Below are positions 11,660 through 23,915 of a stretch of DNA of 64,000 nt, one piece after another. Numbering within the stretch: position 1 is the first letter of the stretch; each line of letters begins with the position of its first letter. The position numbers and the translations under genes were made by a program. Under the pieces are notes generated by a model, which saw only the letters and a list, made by a program, of their open reading frames with translations, did not search any database and was not told the origin of the DNA. The DNA is taken from the NCBI RefSeq assembly GCF_018350175.1, contig NC_058368.1:232874001-232938000 (forward strand). The letters run 5' to 3'. The DNA comes from Felis catus (Eukaryota).

Positions 11660-13036
11660 TTTAAGAGACCAAGATTATATAAAGTAGATAATTAATAGAG
11701 AAACAACAATTGCTTTAAGATGTAAAATGAAAATAAGTCATTGCATAACAAAATTAAGGTTTTAATTTTTAATGCATTCTGAAATGCATCTGCGACTTTC
11801 AACACCTTAAGAGAGCCAATGAGATGCAAAACAACAAACAAACAAACAAACAAAACTTGCTAGTTATTTGGTACAAGTCAATAGTGTGTAGAAGACAGTA
11901 GAATGGAAATCCCAAGAACCTATCCACTGTGTCGACATTTGTCCATCAGAATGGACAAACAAAAAAATCCTAAAGCAAGCAGAGTCAGAATCACCGGCGT
12001 CACTAACTTCCTGTCCCCGCTGTTGCTGGTGATTAAGAAAAACATGAGGCCACTCTCTCGGGAGCAGAAGTCGTTTGGGGTGGAAGGAAGGCGGTCCGAG
12101 AGGACCCCACAATTACAGGGAATCCAGCGTTCAGGGCCGGCAAGGGTCTCGCCTCTCAGCAATCACTCGTAGGTTGGATTCCTGAACGGAAGGCACAGAG
12201 CTAATCTAGCCGTTTCTATTTTCCTTCTGACCTCCTTGTCAGGACCCTGCAGTTGCGGAGGGTGGCATTTTAACAGCTCTGTCTGTGGCTTGTCGTGGAG
12301 GACTACTGTGGATCGTTGGGTTCCAGGGGAAAAGTCTTAAAGGAGAAAGGTCAAAAAAAAAAAAAAAAAAAAAGAGAGAGAGAGAAAGAGAAAAAGGAAG
12401 ACAAGCTTCTGGTAGCAGATGTGATAAAACTGTTTGAAAACCCCACACTAGCTGTACCTTTCAGTTATTCCGCAGTTTTTGTTTTGTTTCATTTTGTCTT
12501 TCTGTTTTCGGCTGTAAAACCATGTCTAGTGTTTCAGAGGCATCTTACTGTGGGCGGTAAGAAGGCACCTGAGCGCTGTGGTTTGTGTCTGTGGGGAAAA
12601 TGAGAGCTCAGCTGCCCTATTTTTATTAATAGTCAAGGCTTTGCTGAGAATTGTAAGGAAAGAGCTCCCCCCCCCACTCTTCTTTTATTAAAGCTGCGAT
12701 TAATGTCATGGCGCCTGGGCATGCAACATCTTTTAAATGGCAGTAAGTCAAGTGTTTTCCGTTTCCTGTTGGACAGTGAGAGGAGTTACCCAGGGATGTT
12801 TGGAATTAAAAGCTGAGAGTTCTGATGCTAAATGGCTTTTCTTTTTTCAAACAGATTTTCAGAAGAAATCCCAGTTTCCCCCTGGAATTTCTCCATGCAC
12901 CAACACATATGTTAATGTTTCCTGACTAGTTGGTGGGCTTCGCTTTTCCTGATTCTGCAGGCATATTTGTCTATGCTTCCTAAGATCACCTTCTTTGGAT
13001 CGATTGTCTCTTCAATTTTATTTTCCCTCGTTTACA

Positions 13037-13247
13037 TTTTTTTAATGTTTATTTTTGAGAGAGACAGAGACAGAATGCGAGTCGGTTAGGGACAGAGACA
13101 GAGGGAGAGACACAGAATCCGAAGCGGGTTCCAGGCTCCCAGCTGACTGTCCACACAGATCTGACACGGGGCTCAAAGCCACGAGCTGCGAGATCAGGAC
13201 CTGAGCTGAAGTCAGACACTTAACGAACTGAGCCCCCCAGACACCCC
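13037..13247 (-). mobile_element. Can-SINE
   Basis: Diverged reverse body. Confidence 0.88.
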
Positions 13248-13789
13248 TATTTACCCTCTTTTATAGCCTGCCTTCAAGATACCCAGAAACTACTGTCGCT
13301 TAGAAGACCACCCTCTTTCCCTGGTACACAAGGATATATGGGAAAACAAGAATGTCTAAGGTCTGAAGCTTGGAGAGTTGGGGCCATGGGAAACACGTGG
13401 GATCTTGAGACAGAAGTCTAAGATTCCTCTTTTATCTTAAAAATAAAAGATAAAGGAACAGAAAGAATAGCTAGGCAGTATACATAGGTTATGCCTTCAA
13501 GTGCCCAGAGAAATGTACTCCCATTATGTAATGACTATTTGCCTGATTGATTTCCTGGTTCTCTCGATCCTCAATCATGAGATATTCAACAGTCTTTCTC
13601 TGAAAACTAGAAGCGACTCCCTCCTTCAAGATGAGATCTTGGTTTTTGACACTATTGCTGTTTGTGGGTTCATTTTGCTCGGTGTATTCGCGCACGAGTG
13701 ACAAATCTTTTTCCTGGTTTTATCAAACCCCATATATATGCTCTACCTCTCTTTCAAATGGCCACCATCGCATTTTTTTGAATTATTAC

Positions 13790-14210
13790 TTATTTTTTTT
13801 AATTTGCATCCACGTTAGTTAGCATGCAGTGCGATAATGACTTCAGAAGTAGATTCCAGTGATTCATCCCCTATATATAGCACCCAGTGCTCATCCCAAG
13901 TCTCTTCCTTAACGCCCATCACCCATTTAGCCCACCCCCCCCCACAACCCCTCTAGCCACCCTCAGTTTGTTCTCTATATTTAAGAGGCTCTGATGTTTT
14001 ATCCCCCTCCTTGTTTGTATATTATTTTTGCTTCCCTTCCCTTATGTTCATCTGTGTTGTATCTTAAATTCCACATATGAGTGAAGTCATATGACATTTG
14101 TCTTTGACTGACTAATTTCGCTTAGCATAATACCCTCCAGCTCCACCCACGTTGTTGCAAATGGCAAGATTCCATTCTTTCTGATTGCCAAGTAATATTC
14201 CATTGTGATT
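13790..14210 (-). mobile_element. Carnivore LINE-1 3' end
   Basis: cacccagtgctcatcccaag, cctcagtttgttctc; minus-strand translation TMEYYLAIRKN.ILPFATTW.ELEGIMLSEISQ matches the ORF2 C-terminus. Confidence 0.9.
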
Positions 14211-14418
14211 GTTTGTGTATATATATACACACATATATCACAGCATGGCCAGCCCACATCTGCCCCCTTTATCGTGCGACCACTCCGCACACAGAAACCC
14301 CCCCACGCGGAGCATGCCCATGTGTCCGACACCCCGGTGCAGGGACGGACAGCGGAGAGACCCGTGGCTTCAGGTTGCACTGAACGGTTTCCTTCTCCTC
14401 TTGGTTTCCCCCCCACAG

Positions 14419-14566
14419 ATACTGCAATGAGCATCTGCTGTGCCCCCCACACATGTTCTGGACAGGCTGGGGTCCTTGGGAACGGTGCACAGCCCAGTGC
14501 GGGGGCGGCATTCAAGCTCGCCGCAGGACCTGCGAGAACGGACCTGACTGCGCGGGCTGCAATGTG
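14419..14566 (+). CDS. SEMA5A: Internal coding exon of semaphorin-5A (thrombospondin type-1 repeat region); 148 bp, phase-2 start, phase-0 end
   Basis: Pyrimidine-rich acceptor ttccttctcctcttggtttcccccccacAG ends at 14418. The exon translates (R)YCNEHLLCPPHMFWTGWGPWERCTAQCGGGIQARRRTCENGPDCAGCNV, a TSP1 motif (WxxWxxW..C...CGGG...RxRxC) that I recognise as near-identical to mammalian SEMA5A. Donor GTgact at 14567. Confidence 0.95.
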
Positions 14567-16689
14567 GTGACTTCGGTCTCCCTCATTCGAGCCCCTGACG
14601 TGGCGCTGGGAGTCCAGAGCCAGCACCCGCTAGGTGCTCTGCACACACTCGAAGCGCTGCAAACATTAGGTGTTCTGCAAACCACACGCTCTGTACATGC
14701 TTTTACACCAGATGCCGTGACTCATCCAGGTTTCTCTGGTTGATAAGAAAGACCAGAGGAAATACTGCAAGGTCAGAGTAGCTTCTAGGTTTCCTGAAGT
14801 TAAATGTTAGCATATGAATGATCTAGCTCAGAAATATTTCTGTTCTGATTTCTGTGTGATGACCAAAACTTTAGGCTGCTTAGTTCCGGTCGGTGTATTT
14901 GGTTGGGGGAAATGGAGGGAGCTCTCCGTACGAGGCCACACTAAGCTATAGAATGCACAGTGAACTTGACACACTGAGGATAAGAAACCTCCGTGAAGTC
15001 AGAGCAAGTTGGTGCCAATTCAGAGGGAATAACTCACAACGTATGGCCTTGTTTTTCTCTGCCTTAGCAAGTCATATTTCTTTTAACACTTGAAACCCTT
15101 GAATTTCCTTTGTGCCAGCACCTTTCCAAAGGTCCATACTCGCCATTCCTGCACCATCTGCCATCTGTACGAATGACTGAGTGCTCGGGGCTGCTGGCTT
15201 CCCGGGCTTCCGCATCATTCGCACCCCCCGCCCCCTCCCGGCCGGTGCTGACACCACAGAGCTCAAGCGGTGGGTGGGGATGTTCTGGGGGAGGGTTTAA
15301 CACGAGGAGGTCTGGCTCAGCATCCCTGCTGATCTTTCCAGTTGTTCCTTCCGTTGCTTTCGTCTCTGGGTCCACGAGGCTGAGCAGTGTTTTTGTGCTG
15401 TAGTCAAGCTTGTGTTTTGTGAGATGCGAAAGGCTACATTCCCCAGATAGCCTTGGGAAACCGAGAGAGAGGAAGAAGGTTACCAGGTGCTTTGTTAGGT
15501 CCACCCCAAGGAGGTTTCCGTTATTAGGATTTGCGGTTAGATTCCTTTTCCTGCAAACTGGCCAAGATATTGTAATAGCGCTGCTAGTTTCTACTCACGA
15601 TTACAGAGATGGTCATTTCCAGGTTGGCCTGAACTACTTTTGGAGTCAACAAAATTCTCAGTCTCTGTATATGCTGGTATATTTATTGACTTGTCAGGTG
15701 CTCAAATTTAAAAGTATTTTTATGAAAGTGAAGGTAATTCCTAGTGATTACCAGCAGCATCTCGCATGTTCTTGGAAAATAAATCAAATACGGCAACTAT
15801 TCTTTGCTGGAGCCTGTCACTTCCGGCACTGGGGGCCGAGTGTCCGGGACTGTGGTCATCTGTCTCGTCCCCTGGCAAACCACAGCCCAACTGAGTTGTC
15901 CTTGATCTCTCGCCCCTCAGTTTCTAGGGCTTTGTGGGTCTAAGAAACCTGAACACGTGTGGCATCATTCATTCGTTGTTGCTTATTGGCTTCATGATTA
16001 TATCCATAAAGTGTTTTACTCCGACAAAAATTTATATTAAGGAAAGTGTAACACATCTGCCACACGTAATATGTCTTGTGTATCATAAATGTAAATGATT
16101 TAAGTTCTTCGAAATGGTGACGAATTTGTCTTTTAATACGTGTCTATATTTATTGCCTGATAACTTATAAAATGAATGTAGCACCAGCATCAGAATCTAG
16201 GAGAACTTGACGTGAGTCTCGAACAACTCTGGTTGGGGTTTTTTAGTTTTTTCTTTTTTCTCCCCACTACTTTCAACTGGAGTTTACTTTCTCACGGGTG
16301 TAATTAGCATAATTAATCAACCTGTTTATTTACCGTCGAAGTACAAAAATGTTTTCTTGGTCACACAGCTGTTTTATTTATTCCAGCTCAGTCTCGCCCA
16401 AGGCAGGAACGCTGGCTCAGGTAAACTGAGGAGTACAGACAGGTTCGAGCAGAAGCTACGTTTGTTTGAATTGCTTAGAAAATGTATCATCTCAATGAAA
16501 TGCCCGAGAACGTTATTTAAAAAGGCAAGTCACACAGACTTTGTGACACGGGTGATCCGTACGTCTTAGCTGCGGTCTTCAAATTTTCAGCCAAGAGGGT
16601 GATTGGAGGGCGTCTTTTGTAGAAACTAGCCGTAAGTCTAGGTAATACATTAATTGGACGCCGCGGATGTGATCGTCTGTTTCCCAGCA

Positions 16690-16845
16690 TCTGGCTGGAT
16701 GACTGGTCAGGTGATAACTTCAAAGCCTCGCTCTTCCCTGAAAAGGAGATGATAATCCCTCCCTCCTAGAGTCACTGTAACTATCACAGACTGTGACTTC
16801 TGTGAAGTTCTGGCAGAAAATGGCACATTCAGAGCACTTGAGAGC
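16690..16845 (+). mobile_element. MIR-like fragment
   Basis: Degenerate MIR core (gcctcgctcttccctgaaaaggagatgataatcc...tggcacattcagagcact). Confidence 0.5.
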
Positions 16846-17909
16846 AAGCTTTACTCCAACTCACATCATCTCAGTTGTTAAAAAAAAAAAAACTCATTCC
16901 CTTAAATCCTCAGGTTTTATGATGTTATGAGCAGGTCTATTGAAAAATGGTAGGAGCATTAGGGAATTATCAATGGCAAGGGAGTAAAGATAAAGGTAAA
17001 TTCATAAGGAACACGACTTTTTGTATTATTATAAATAACAATACATTATTATAATAATATCAAGGTGTAATAACATCATTGTAATTATTATTATAAGTTA
17101 ACTGTTGTAAGAGAATTAAAAACTACAACACAAAAAAGGAAGGAGAATCCAGGACATTTATGCTGAGTAAATAGAATTGCTTCTCAGTATAATGTACATC
17201 AGATTCTCGCTCAAAAGTTTAACAGATGCATTAAAAAAAAAAAAAGTTAATAGACACGTTAAAGAACGTAAACGTTGGGCTAGATACATCCGGGGCATTC
17301 CAAACACAGAATCAGCGTCAGTGTTTCAAAAGCTGTATCCTTCACTGAAATTTCACACGAAAGACAAAATAGTTGGCCAAAAGGCTCTGATCAAAGATAC
17401 TGACTTTGAACACAGAATAAACATAAACCTTCCTGATGCAGGAGAAAGAACCACAGGAGACTCGTAGAGGTCAAAAAGAAAGACCTTAAAAACCAATACA
17501 TGCTGGCAAAGGGGTTCTTTGAAGGGTAATCAACATTGATACAAGGTAGAGTGTATTGTTCGTACCAAATAATGCTACTGAGGAGGCATTTAAAACTAAA
17601 TGCGTCTGGCGAGTGGAAGGTTAACTAGATTTGTGATATGAATACTAAGGACAATATTACAAAGCGCCTTATTACCAAATGCTTTTGGAAGTATTCCCTC
17701 ATGTGGTCCTAGATTTCCAGAGAGACCTCGTCATTTATCTGAAAGCCCGCAGCCCACAAAGCTCGGCCTCCATTCAGATCTCATGCCACGGGCTCTTCTC
17801 CCCAGAAGGCTGGGGTCGATTCGGAAAAAACAGAACAGGCTTTGAGCAATGAGGAGGTCAGTGCAAATATCACACCCAAGCGGGTCTGTTCAAAAAGCCC
17901 AAAGACATA

Positions 17910-18092
17910 GGGACACCTGGGTGGCTCAGTCGGTTAAGCATCCAACTCTTGATATTTGGCTCAGGTCATGGTCCCAGGTTCATGGGACTGAACCCTGTGT
18001 CGGGCTCCATGCTGAGCCTGAAGGCTGCTTAGGATTCTGTCTCTCTTCCTCTGCCTTACTCTCTCTCTCTCTCTCTCTCTCAAATTAAAAAA
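17910..18092 (+). mobile_element. Can-SINE
   Basis: Head gggacacctgggtggctcagtcgg and (CT)n tract. Confidence 0.88.
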
Positions 18093-19289
18093 GAAAGGCA
18101 CAGAACGAACACTGTAATTAAACAGTTGTTGTTAAGTGCATTCACTTGTATTTGCAAATATTCCTCTGCCAAGGGCGATCCCTGATTATGGCACATGAAA
18201 CGTGATAACCCATCTCCGTAAGAAAGGAAATGATGATTTGCTTTCAGCTTTTTGAAACATCTTGGTGAAGAGCTTGCAGATATGAAGCATTGTCATGGTG
18301 AAGATGTCAGGTTTTGTTAAAAGAAGTCGGAGTGTCTTGAGAAAGAAGTGATATCAGTGGGTGTGATCATGGGCTGCAGCAGATGGCCACAACACTATAC
18401 ATTTTCTAGAATTCAGCATCTCAGAAGTTCCGCAATCAAGTGCAAAAATGATGCACGACACAGATGGGGAGAAAAGAAAAATGATGGATTATAGGAATTA
18501 ATCCATCAAAAGTCTGCCTCTAGGACATATAAATAATCATCTGCAATCTCTAGAAATTACATATGGAAGCTGAGAACTAGAGAATTTTACCAAAAAAAAA
18601 ATGTTTATAGTATTGGGAGACTGTGGTATAAGTTTCACTCACATAAAATAACAACAACAACAACAACAACAACAACGGGGATCTATTCTATTTTTTAAAT
18701 ATCTGCCTGCAATCGTTCAATACCATGATGGCAAAGTTAATTGCAAAGACTTTTAAATATAGCAGAGGCTTCCTGTTGTAAACTTAAAGCGCGTATGTGC
18801 GTATTTAATAAGTTCCATGAGAAAACATTCCCTGATGACCAAGTCCCCCAAATGTACTTAAGCAAATACACAAGTAGTGGCTTCTGTCAAGAGCTTCAGC
18901 TAAATGACCATGAGTTTGCAATTTTGTTTTACAAGCTGACGTGAGATTACGCAGCATAGCAAACAGTCCCTGGTTTTAAAGATTTGTAACCATTGGAGCA
19001 TGAGTAATCAAATGCACTTTCGTAAAATTAAAGCCTCGAGTGGAATTAAACGGATCGGAGAATGCTCTTTCCCAAACTCACCTACACGTCAACATCTGTG
19101 CTTTACTGTAACATTTCTGAGAGTTCTGAGCTAATCACGGACTTCCCAGGGAACGTTCCATGTGCCATTTTGCTGATTCCGTGTCCCCCCCCCCCAAATT
19201 GGGCACTTCTTTTTGGGCAATTTCTGGAGCTCCCCTTGTTCACATCTGAATGAATCAGGTACTTGCCACTAATTAAAGAGCAGAGTCTC

Positions 19290-19496
19290 GGGGCGCCTGG
19301 GTTGCTCAGTCGGTTAAGCATCTGACTTGGCTCAGGTCATGACCTCACGGCTCGTGGGTTCGAGCCCCGCGTCGGGCTCTGTGCTGACAGCTCGGAGCCT
19401 GGAGCCTGCTTCGGATTCTGTGTCTCCCTCTCTCTCTGCCCTCCCCCGCCCCCCACTCTCTCTCTCTCTTTCTCAAGAATAAATAAACATTAAAAA
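19290..19496 (+). mobile_element. Can-SINE
   Basis: Full body with AATAAA tail. Confidence 0.92.
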
Positions 19497-19549
19497 GAGA
19501 AGAAGAGCAGATCCTCTTGGAGTGGTGTTGCTAGCTCCTATGTTTTAAA

Positions 19550-20950
19550 AAGCATCAATTGATTTATTCTGTTTTTATTATTGCCTTTCTCTGCTTGCTT
19601 TTGTATTAGTTCAGTCTTCCTCACTCTTAAAGCAGGAAATCTTAAATCATCCACTTGGAACCTTTCTTTCTTTCTGATGTAAGAATTTTATGCAATGAAT
19701 TTTACCGTGTGTTAGCTACATTACACAGATTTTGATGTGTTATGATTTCATCTTTGTCCCAAGAATTACTGATAAGCATTCTGTTCAATGTCTAAATATT
19801 TGGACATTTGTCCAGATATCTTTCTGTTATTGAATTCTATTTTAATTGCTTAATTAAAAAGTACTCAACATTTCAATTAATATGAGCAATTACTTTTCTT
19901 AATTGGAGCAGATAGGCAACTTGGTATGATTTTTATTCTCTTAAAATTATTCAGATATGCTTGATAGACCAGAATATGGCTTATGGCATGTGAAAAAAAA
20001 AATGTGTCTTCTGGGGCGCCTGGCTGGCTCAATCGGTTGAACGTCTGACTTCGGCTTAGGTCATGATCTCGCGGTTCGTGAGTTCGAGTTGTCGGGCTCT
20101 GTGCTGACAGCTCGGAGCCTGGAGCCTGCTTCAGGTTCTGTGTCTCCCCCTCTCTCTGCCCCTCCCCTGCTCATGCTCTGTCTCTCTCTGTCTCTCAATA
20201 ATAAATAAACGTTAAAAAAATTTTTTTTAATGTGTCTTCTGCTGTTGTTGGTTGGAATCTTCTATAAATGTCACTGAGATCGAATTGCTTGATCGCACTG
20301 TTCACATTTTTTATGTCCTTACACGTTTTCAACTTGTTCTGTCAGTTACTGTCTGTTATGAAGTATGCACACATTCATTATTGTTACTATATCCTCTTAC
20401 CCACTTAACTCCCGGAGCCTAGAGGTGTCTTTTCATCCTCGGTAATGGAATTCTTGTTCTAAAAGATACGTTGATGGTAACATAGCCTCTGATGCCCTGT
20501 TCCTTTTTTTTTTATTCTCATTTACTCTCTGTGTTTCCTTTTGGTTGATTTCTATTGCAACGTCCTTAAACTCACTAATCTTTTCTTTGATAATGTCTAA
20601 TCTGTTATTAATTTTATCCTGTTTGTTTTTCATTTCAGACATTGTATTTTTTCAACTCTAAAAGTTCCTTTTGATTCTTTTGTGTGTTTTCCAGTTCTCT
20701 CCTCTTTGCCTTTGTGTCTTCCTCTACTTGTCTTAAATACACAGAGGACACAGATGATGGATCTTCTAATGATATTCATCTTCTCCATCACTTCTGTGGG
20801 CATTTTTACTATTAATTGGTTTTTTCCTGGTTGTTCATCTTATTTCCTTCTCTCTATATAAGAACAACTGCATGTCTGTCACTGTGAGTTTTACTTTTTT
20901 GGGTGCTAGATTTTTTTGTGTGTGTTCTATGAAATATTATTGTTTTCTTC
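19550..20950 (-). mobile_element. Old L1M fragments (interrupted by a SINE)
   Basis: T-rich L1-antisense text (gatatctttctgttattgaattctattttaatt; ctgctgttgttggttggaatcttctataaatgtc); ORF 20433..20642 resembles an L1 ORF1 coiled coil. Confidence 0.65.
20013..20220 (+). mobile_element. Can-SINE
   Basis: Full body; TSD aatgtgtcttct. Confidence 0.92.
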
Positions 20951-21121
20951 TGAAGATGATCGAATATCAGTTTACGATTCCCTAGGGAACAGTGGTTTAT
21001 TAGCTGAAATAAGATGCTTTTTATAATTGACAATGAAGTACAGATATAATACTAATAAATAGCAATATATAATTCTCCTTATTCCCCCATGTGGATTTGA
21101 TTTATTTTGATAGTTAATCCT

Positions 21122-21424
21122 TAGTATGGCTTAAATATTTGTGTCCCCTTCCCCCAAGAATTGATATGTTGAAAACCTAACCCTCCAGGTGATGGTATTT
21201 GGAGGTGGGAACTTGGGGGGCTGAGATTAGCTCTCTGCTCTCTATCATAGCATGGGGCACACATGGTGCCCACAAGCCCCAGAACGGGCCTTCACAAGCC
21301 ACCAACCTGCTAGTGCCTTCATCTTGGACTTCTTGGCCTCCAGAACTGTAACAAATAGATACTTGTGGTCTAAGGGACCCCGTCTATGACCGTTTTGTCA
21401 TAGCAGCCCAAGTAGACTAAGACA
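21122..21424 (+). mobile_element. MLT1A-like MaLR solo LTR
   Basis: tgtgtcccc...atatgttgaaaacctaacc...tgatggtatttggaggtggg...atcttggacttc..gcctccagaactgt...atagcagccc..agactaagaca. Confidence 0.85.
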
Positions 21425-21576
21425 GATCTCACAGATGCTTATAGACCCTTTTTGGCAGGAAACAGACACTCAGCAAGCAAACACTCCCCACCGTTGCACA
21501 GCATCTTAATCTGTTTGGGCGGGTGTAACAGAACACCACACACTGGGTGGCTTATAAAAGAACAGAAATTTCTCAC

Positions 21577-21812
21577 GGCGCCTGGGTGGCTCAGCATGTT
21601 GAGCGTTGACTCTTGACCAAGAGCGTTGACTCTTGGTTTCAGCTCAGATCATGATCTGTCGGTCTCGTGAGTTCCAGCTGCACTTCGGGCTCCGTGCTCG
21701 CAGCTGGATCTGCCTGGGATTCTCTGTCTCTCCCCCCCCCCCCGCCCCTTCCCCACTTGTGCAGACTCTGTTTCTCTCAAAATAAATGAATAAACTTCAA
21801 AATATATAAAAA
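21577..21812 (+). mobile_element. Can-SINE nested in the MLT1A
   Basis: Head ggcgcctgggtggctcag and AATAAA tail. Confidence 0.88.
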
Positions 21813-22025
21813 GAACACAAGTTGCTCAGTTGGAGGCTGAAAGTCTGAGATCGGGGTGCCGGCATCGGCCGACGTACAGCGAGAGCCCCTTTCCAGACTG
21901 TGGTCCCACAGGGTAGAGAACAATAGGAGAAGCAGGCCCTCTTGAGACCCCTCTAAGGGCACTAATCCCATCACGGGGCTCTACCCTCATGACGTCATCT
22001 GATCCTAACCACCTCCCCGAGCTCC

Positions 22026-22026
<1 letters not shown>

Positions 22027-22065
<39 letters not shown>
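22027..22065. repeat. Poly(C) homopolymer, 39 nt
   Basis: Directly visible. Confidence 0.97.
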
Positions 22066-22066
<1 letters not shown>

Positions 22067-22667
22067 CCTCCTAACACCATCACACGGGGGAGAGGGTTCC
22101 CACACTCCCACACGTGAAGCTGGGGGGGGGGGACACAAACGAATGTCGGTTCACAGCACACATCGGGTAAGAGAAGCTGGGGGATTGGTCTCCGTGGCCT
22201 TTCTACTCACTCACCTCCCCACCTCAGGCTACGCGAAGCACATATATGCAGGCCTTCAAACACCAGAAGCAAGCAGGATACAGAAGTGAGGTCTGTGAGG
22301 TTCCTGCCCTGTGATGCTTAGCGAGCCTGGCAGTGAAACACCACATCCCTTCGTCTGTCCTAGAGGATGACCCGGCAACGCGGGTCTTCTGTGCGGAATC
22401 GACACCCGGAAGACCTTGGATGCAGAGAGGAATATCGCAGATCACACACACACCGAAGAGGCATGAGGACGGGCTGTTCGTTTGATGTGAGCCAGAGGTG
22501 ACAAACTTGCTCTTTGGATTCCAAAAGAGGTTTTACCCCCTCTTTTTTTAAAAGCAGCAATTCAGGTCGGAGTCCAAAGTGCACCTCCATTTTGTCTGAG
22601 CATCTCCATCTTGGTACAGGCCCCGGATGGCACAGCTACTGCTCCCGGTTTAATAATGCATCAAACA

Positions 22668-22879
22668 GGGGCGCCTGGGTGGCTCAGTCGGTTAAGCGTC
22701 TGACTTCAGCCAGGTCACGATCTCGCGGTCCGTGAGTTCGAGCCCCGCGTCGGGCTCTGGGCTGACGGCTCAGAGCCTGGAGCCTGTTTCCGATTCTGTG
22801 TCTCCCTCTCTCTCTGCCCCTCCCCCGTTCATGCTCTGTCTCTCTCTGTCCCAAAAATAAATAAACGTTAAAAAAATAA
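22668..22879 (+). mobile_element. Felid SINEC_Fc
   Basis: Full body; TSD taataatgcatcaaaca. Confidence 0.95.
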
Positions 22880-23915
22880 TAATAATGCATCAAACAGATC
22901 AGGCTCGTGGAATGAGCGCTCACGAGCCGGTGTTGTGTTTTTCTGGCTCATTCTATTACTCCCGGGTGACAGGCGCTGCATCACAGCGAGTGCTAGACCA
23001 TGATGCTCAGCCGTGGCCACAGAGTGGAACCAGCAGAGGGGACTTTCTACTCCTGGCACGCTGGGCTTTTGAGAATCTCCCGGTGACTTCCAGTCCAGGT
23101 TGGGCACTGTATAATCTAAGCAGCATCAAAACTCAGGAAACTTTTACTATAAATTATGAATCAATGATCTAGTTTTGACAACAGAGTTGTCTTAAATAAT
23201 AGGCCTGCAGTTTATAGAATTCCGAGTCTCCTGGGATGGTAGTTGATCACTTACTAATATATGCCTTTTCCTTTTTTTTTCTGAACTGCCTCCACATTCA
23301 GTATTTTAAATCAGTTTTGAATTGCACCATTATGAGTGCTGGATCACATGCAAATTAGTTAGAACCAAGTAAGGAACTTCGTTTCAGCCATACACATTAG
23401 TGTTCTTCTGTTATTGCCTGTGAGAGACATAGAGGGTATCGTGGGTCTTAAAAATCTGGCATGTGAGGAGACAACTGAAGTAAAATTGTGCTTCAAAGTT
23501 TTGGTTTTTTTTTTAAGAACAACTTTCTGAGTGCAGACGTGTAGCAGCAAATTCAAGAGATCATTCAGCAAATGTTACTTGAAGCTCTTCAATGTGTTAG
23601 TTCTGGTGGATGGAATTAACCTAATTTCCCAAAAACGGACGTGGATTTTTTTTTTAATCATCTGGTTATGCCAACACCTAGAAGAAACTTTTAAAACCCC
23701 AGTAGCGAAAATCTTAATGTCTTGACCTGTAAGACAAGGTATTGATGGAATTCAAGGTAAATTCATTTCACACTCTAGATGCACACCCATGTGTGCTGCA
23801 CGAGGTTCATCCATCTCCAATGCCTTGTTTAACATTTTTTAGTGATTTAATCCCTTGTTACAAACTGCCTGCAAATGATGTGGGCTGAAACAATTCACAA
23901 GAATATACCAACATA

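Larger units (their letters stand above)
1..14418 (+). other. SEMA5A: SEMA5A intron upstream of the exon (5' end lies outside the window)
   Basis: Repeat-rich. I did not find the preceding TSP1 exon by eye or in the ORF track. Confidence 0.75.
21503..22160 (-). mobile_element. MLT1A-like MaLR solo LTR containing a SINE and a C39 tract
   Basis: ctgggtggcttataaa..aacagaaattt; ggaggctgaaagtctgagatc; taagggcactaatcccatca; ggggacacaaac. Confidence 0.82.

Noticed and set aside
14453..14743. Stand-alone 96-aa gene starting MFWTGWGPW
   Set aside because: The Met is internal to the SEMA5A exon; similarity starts upstream at the acceptor and stops at the donor (14566).
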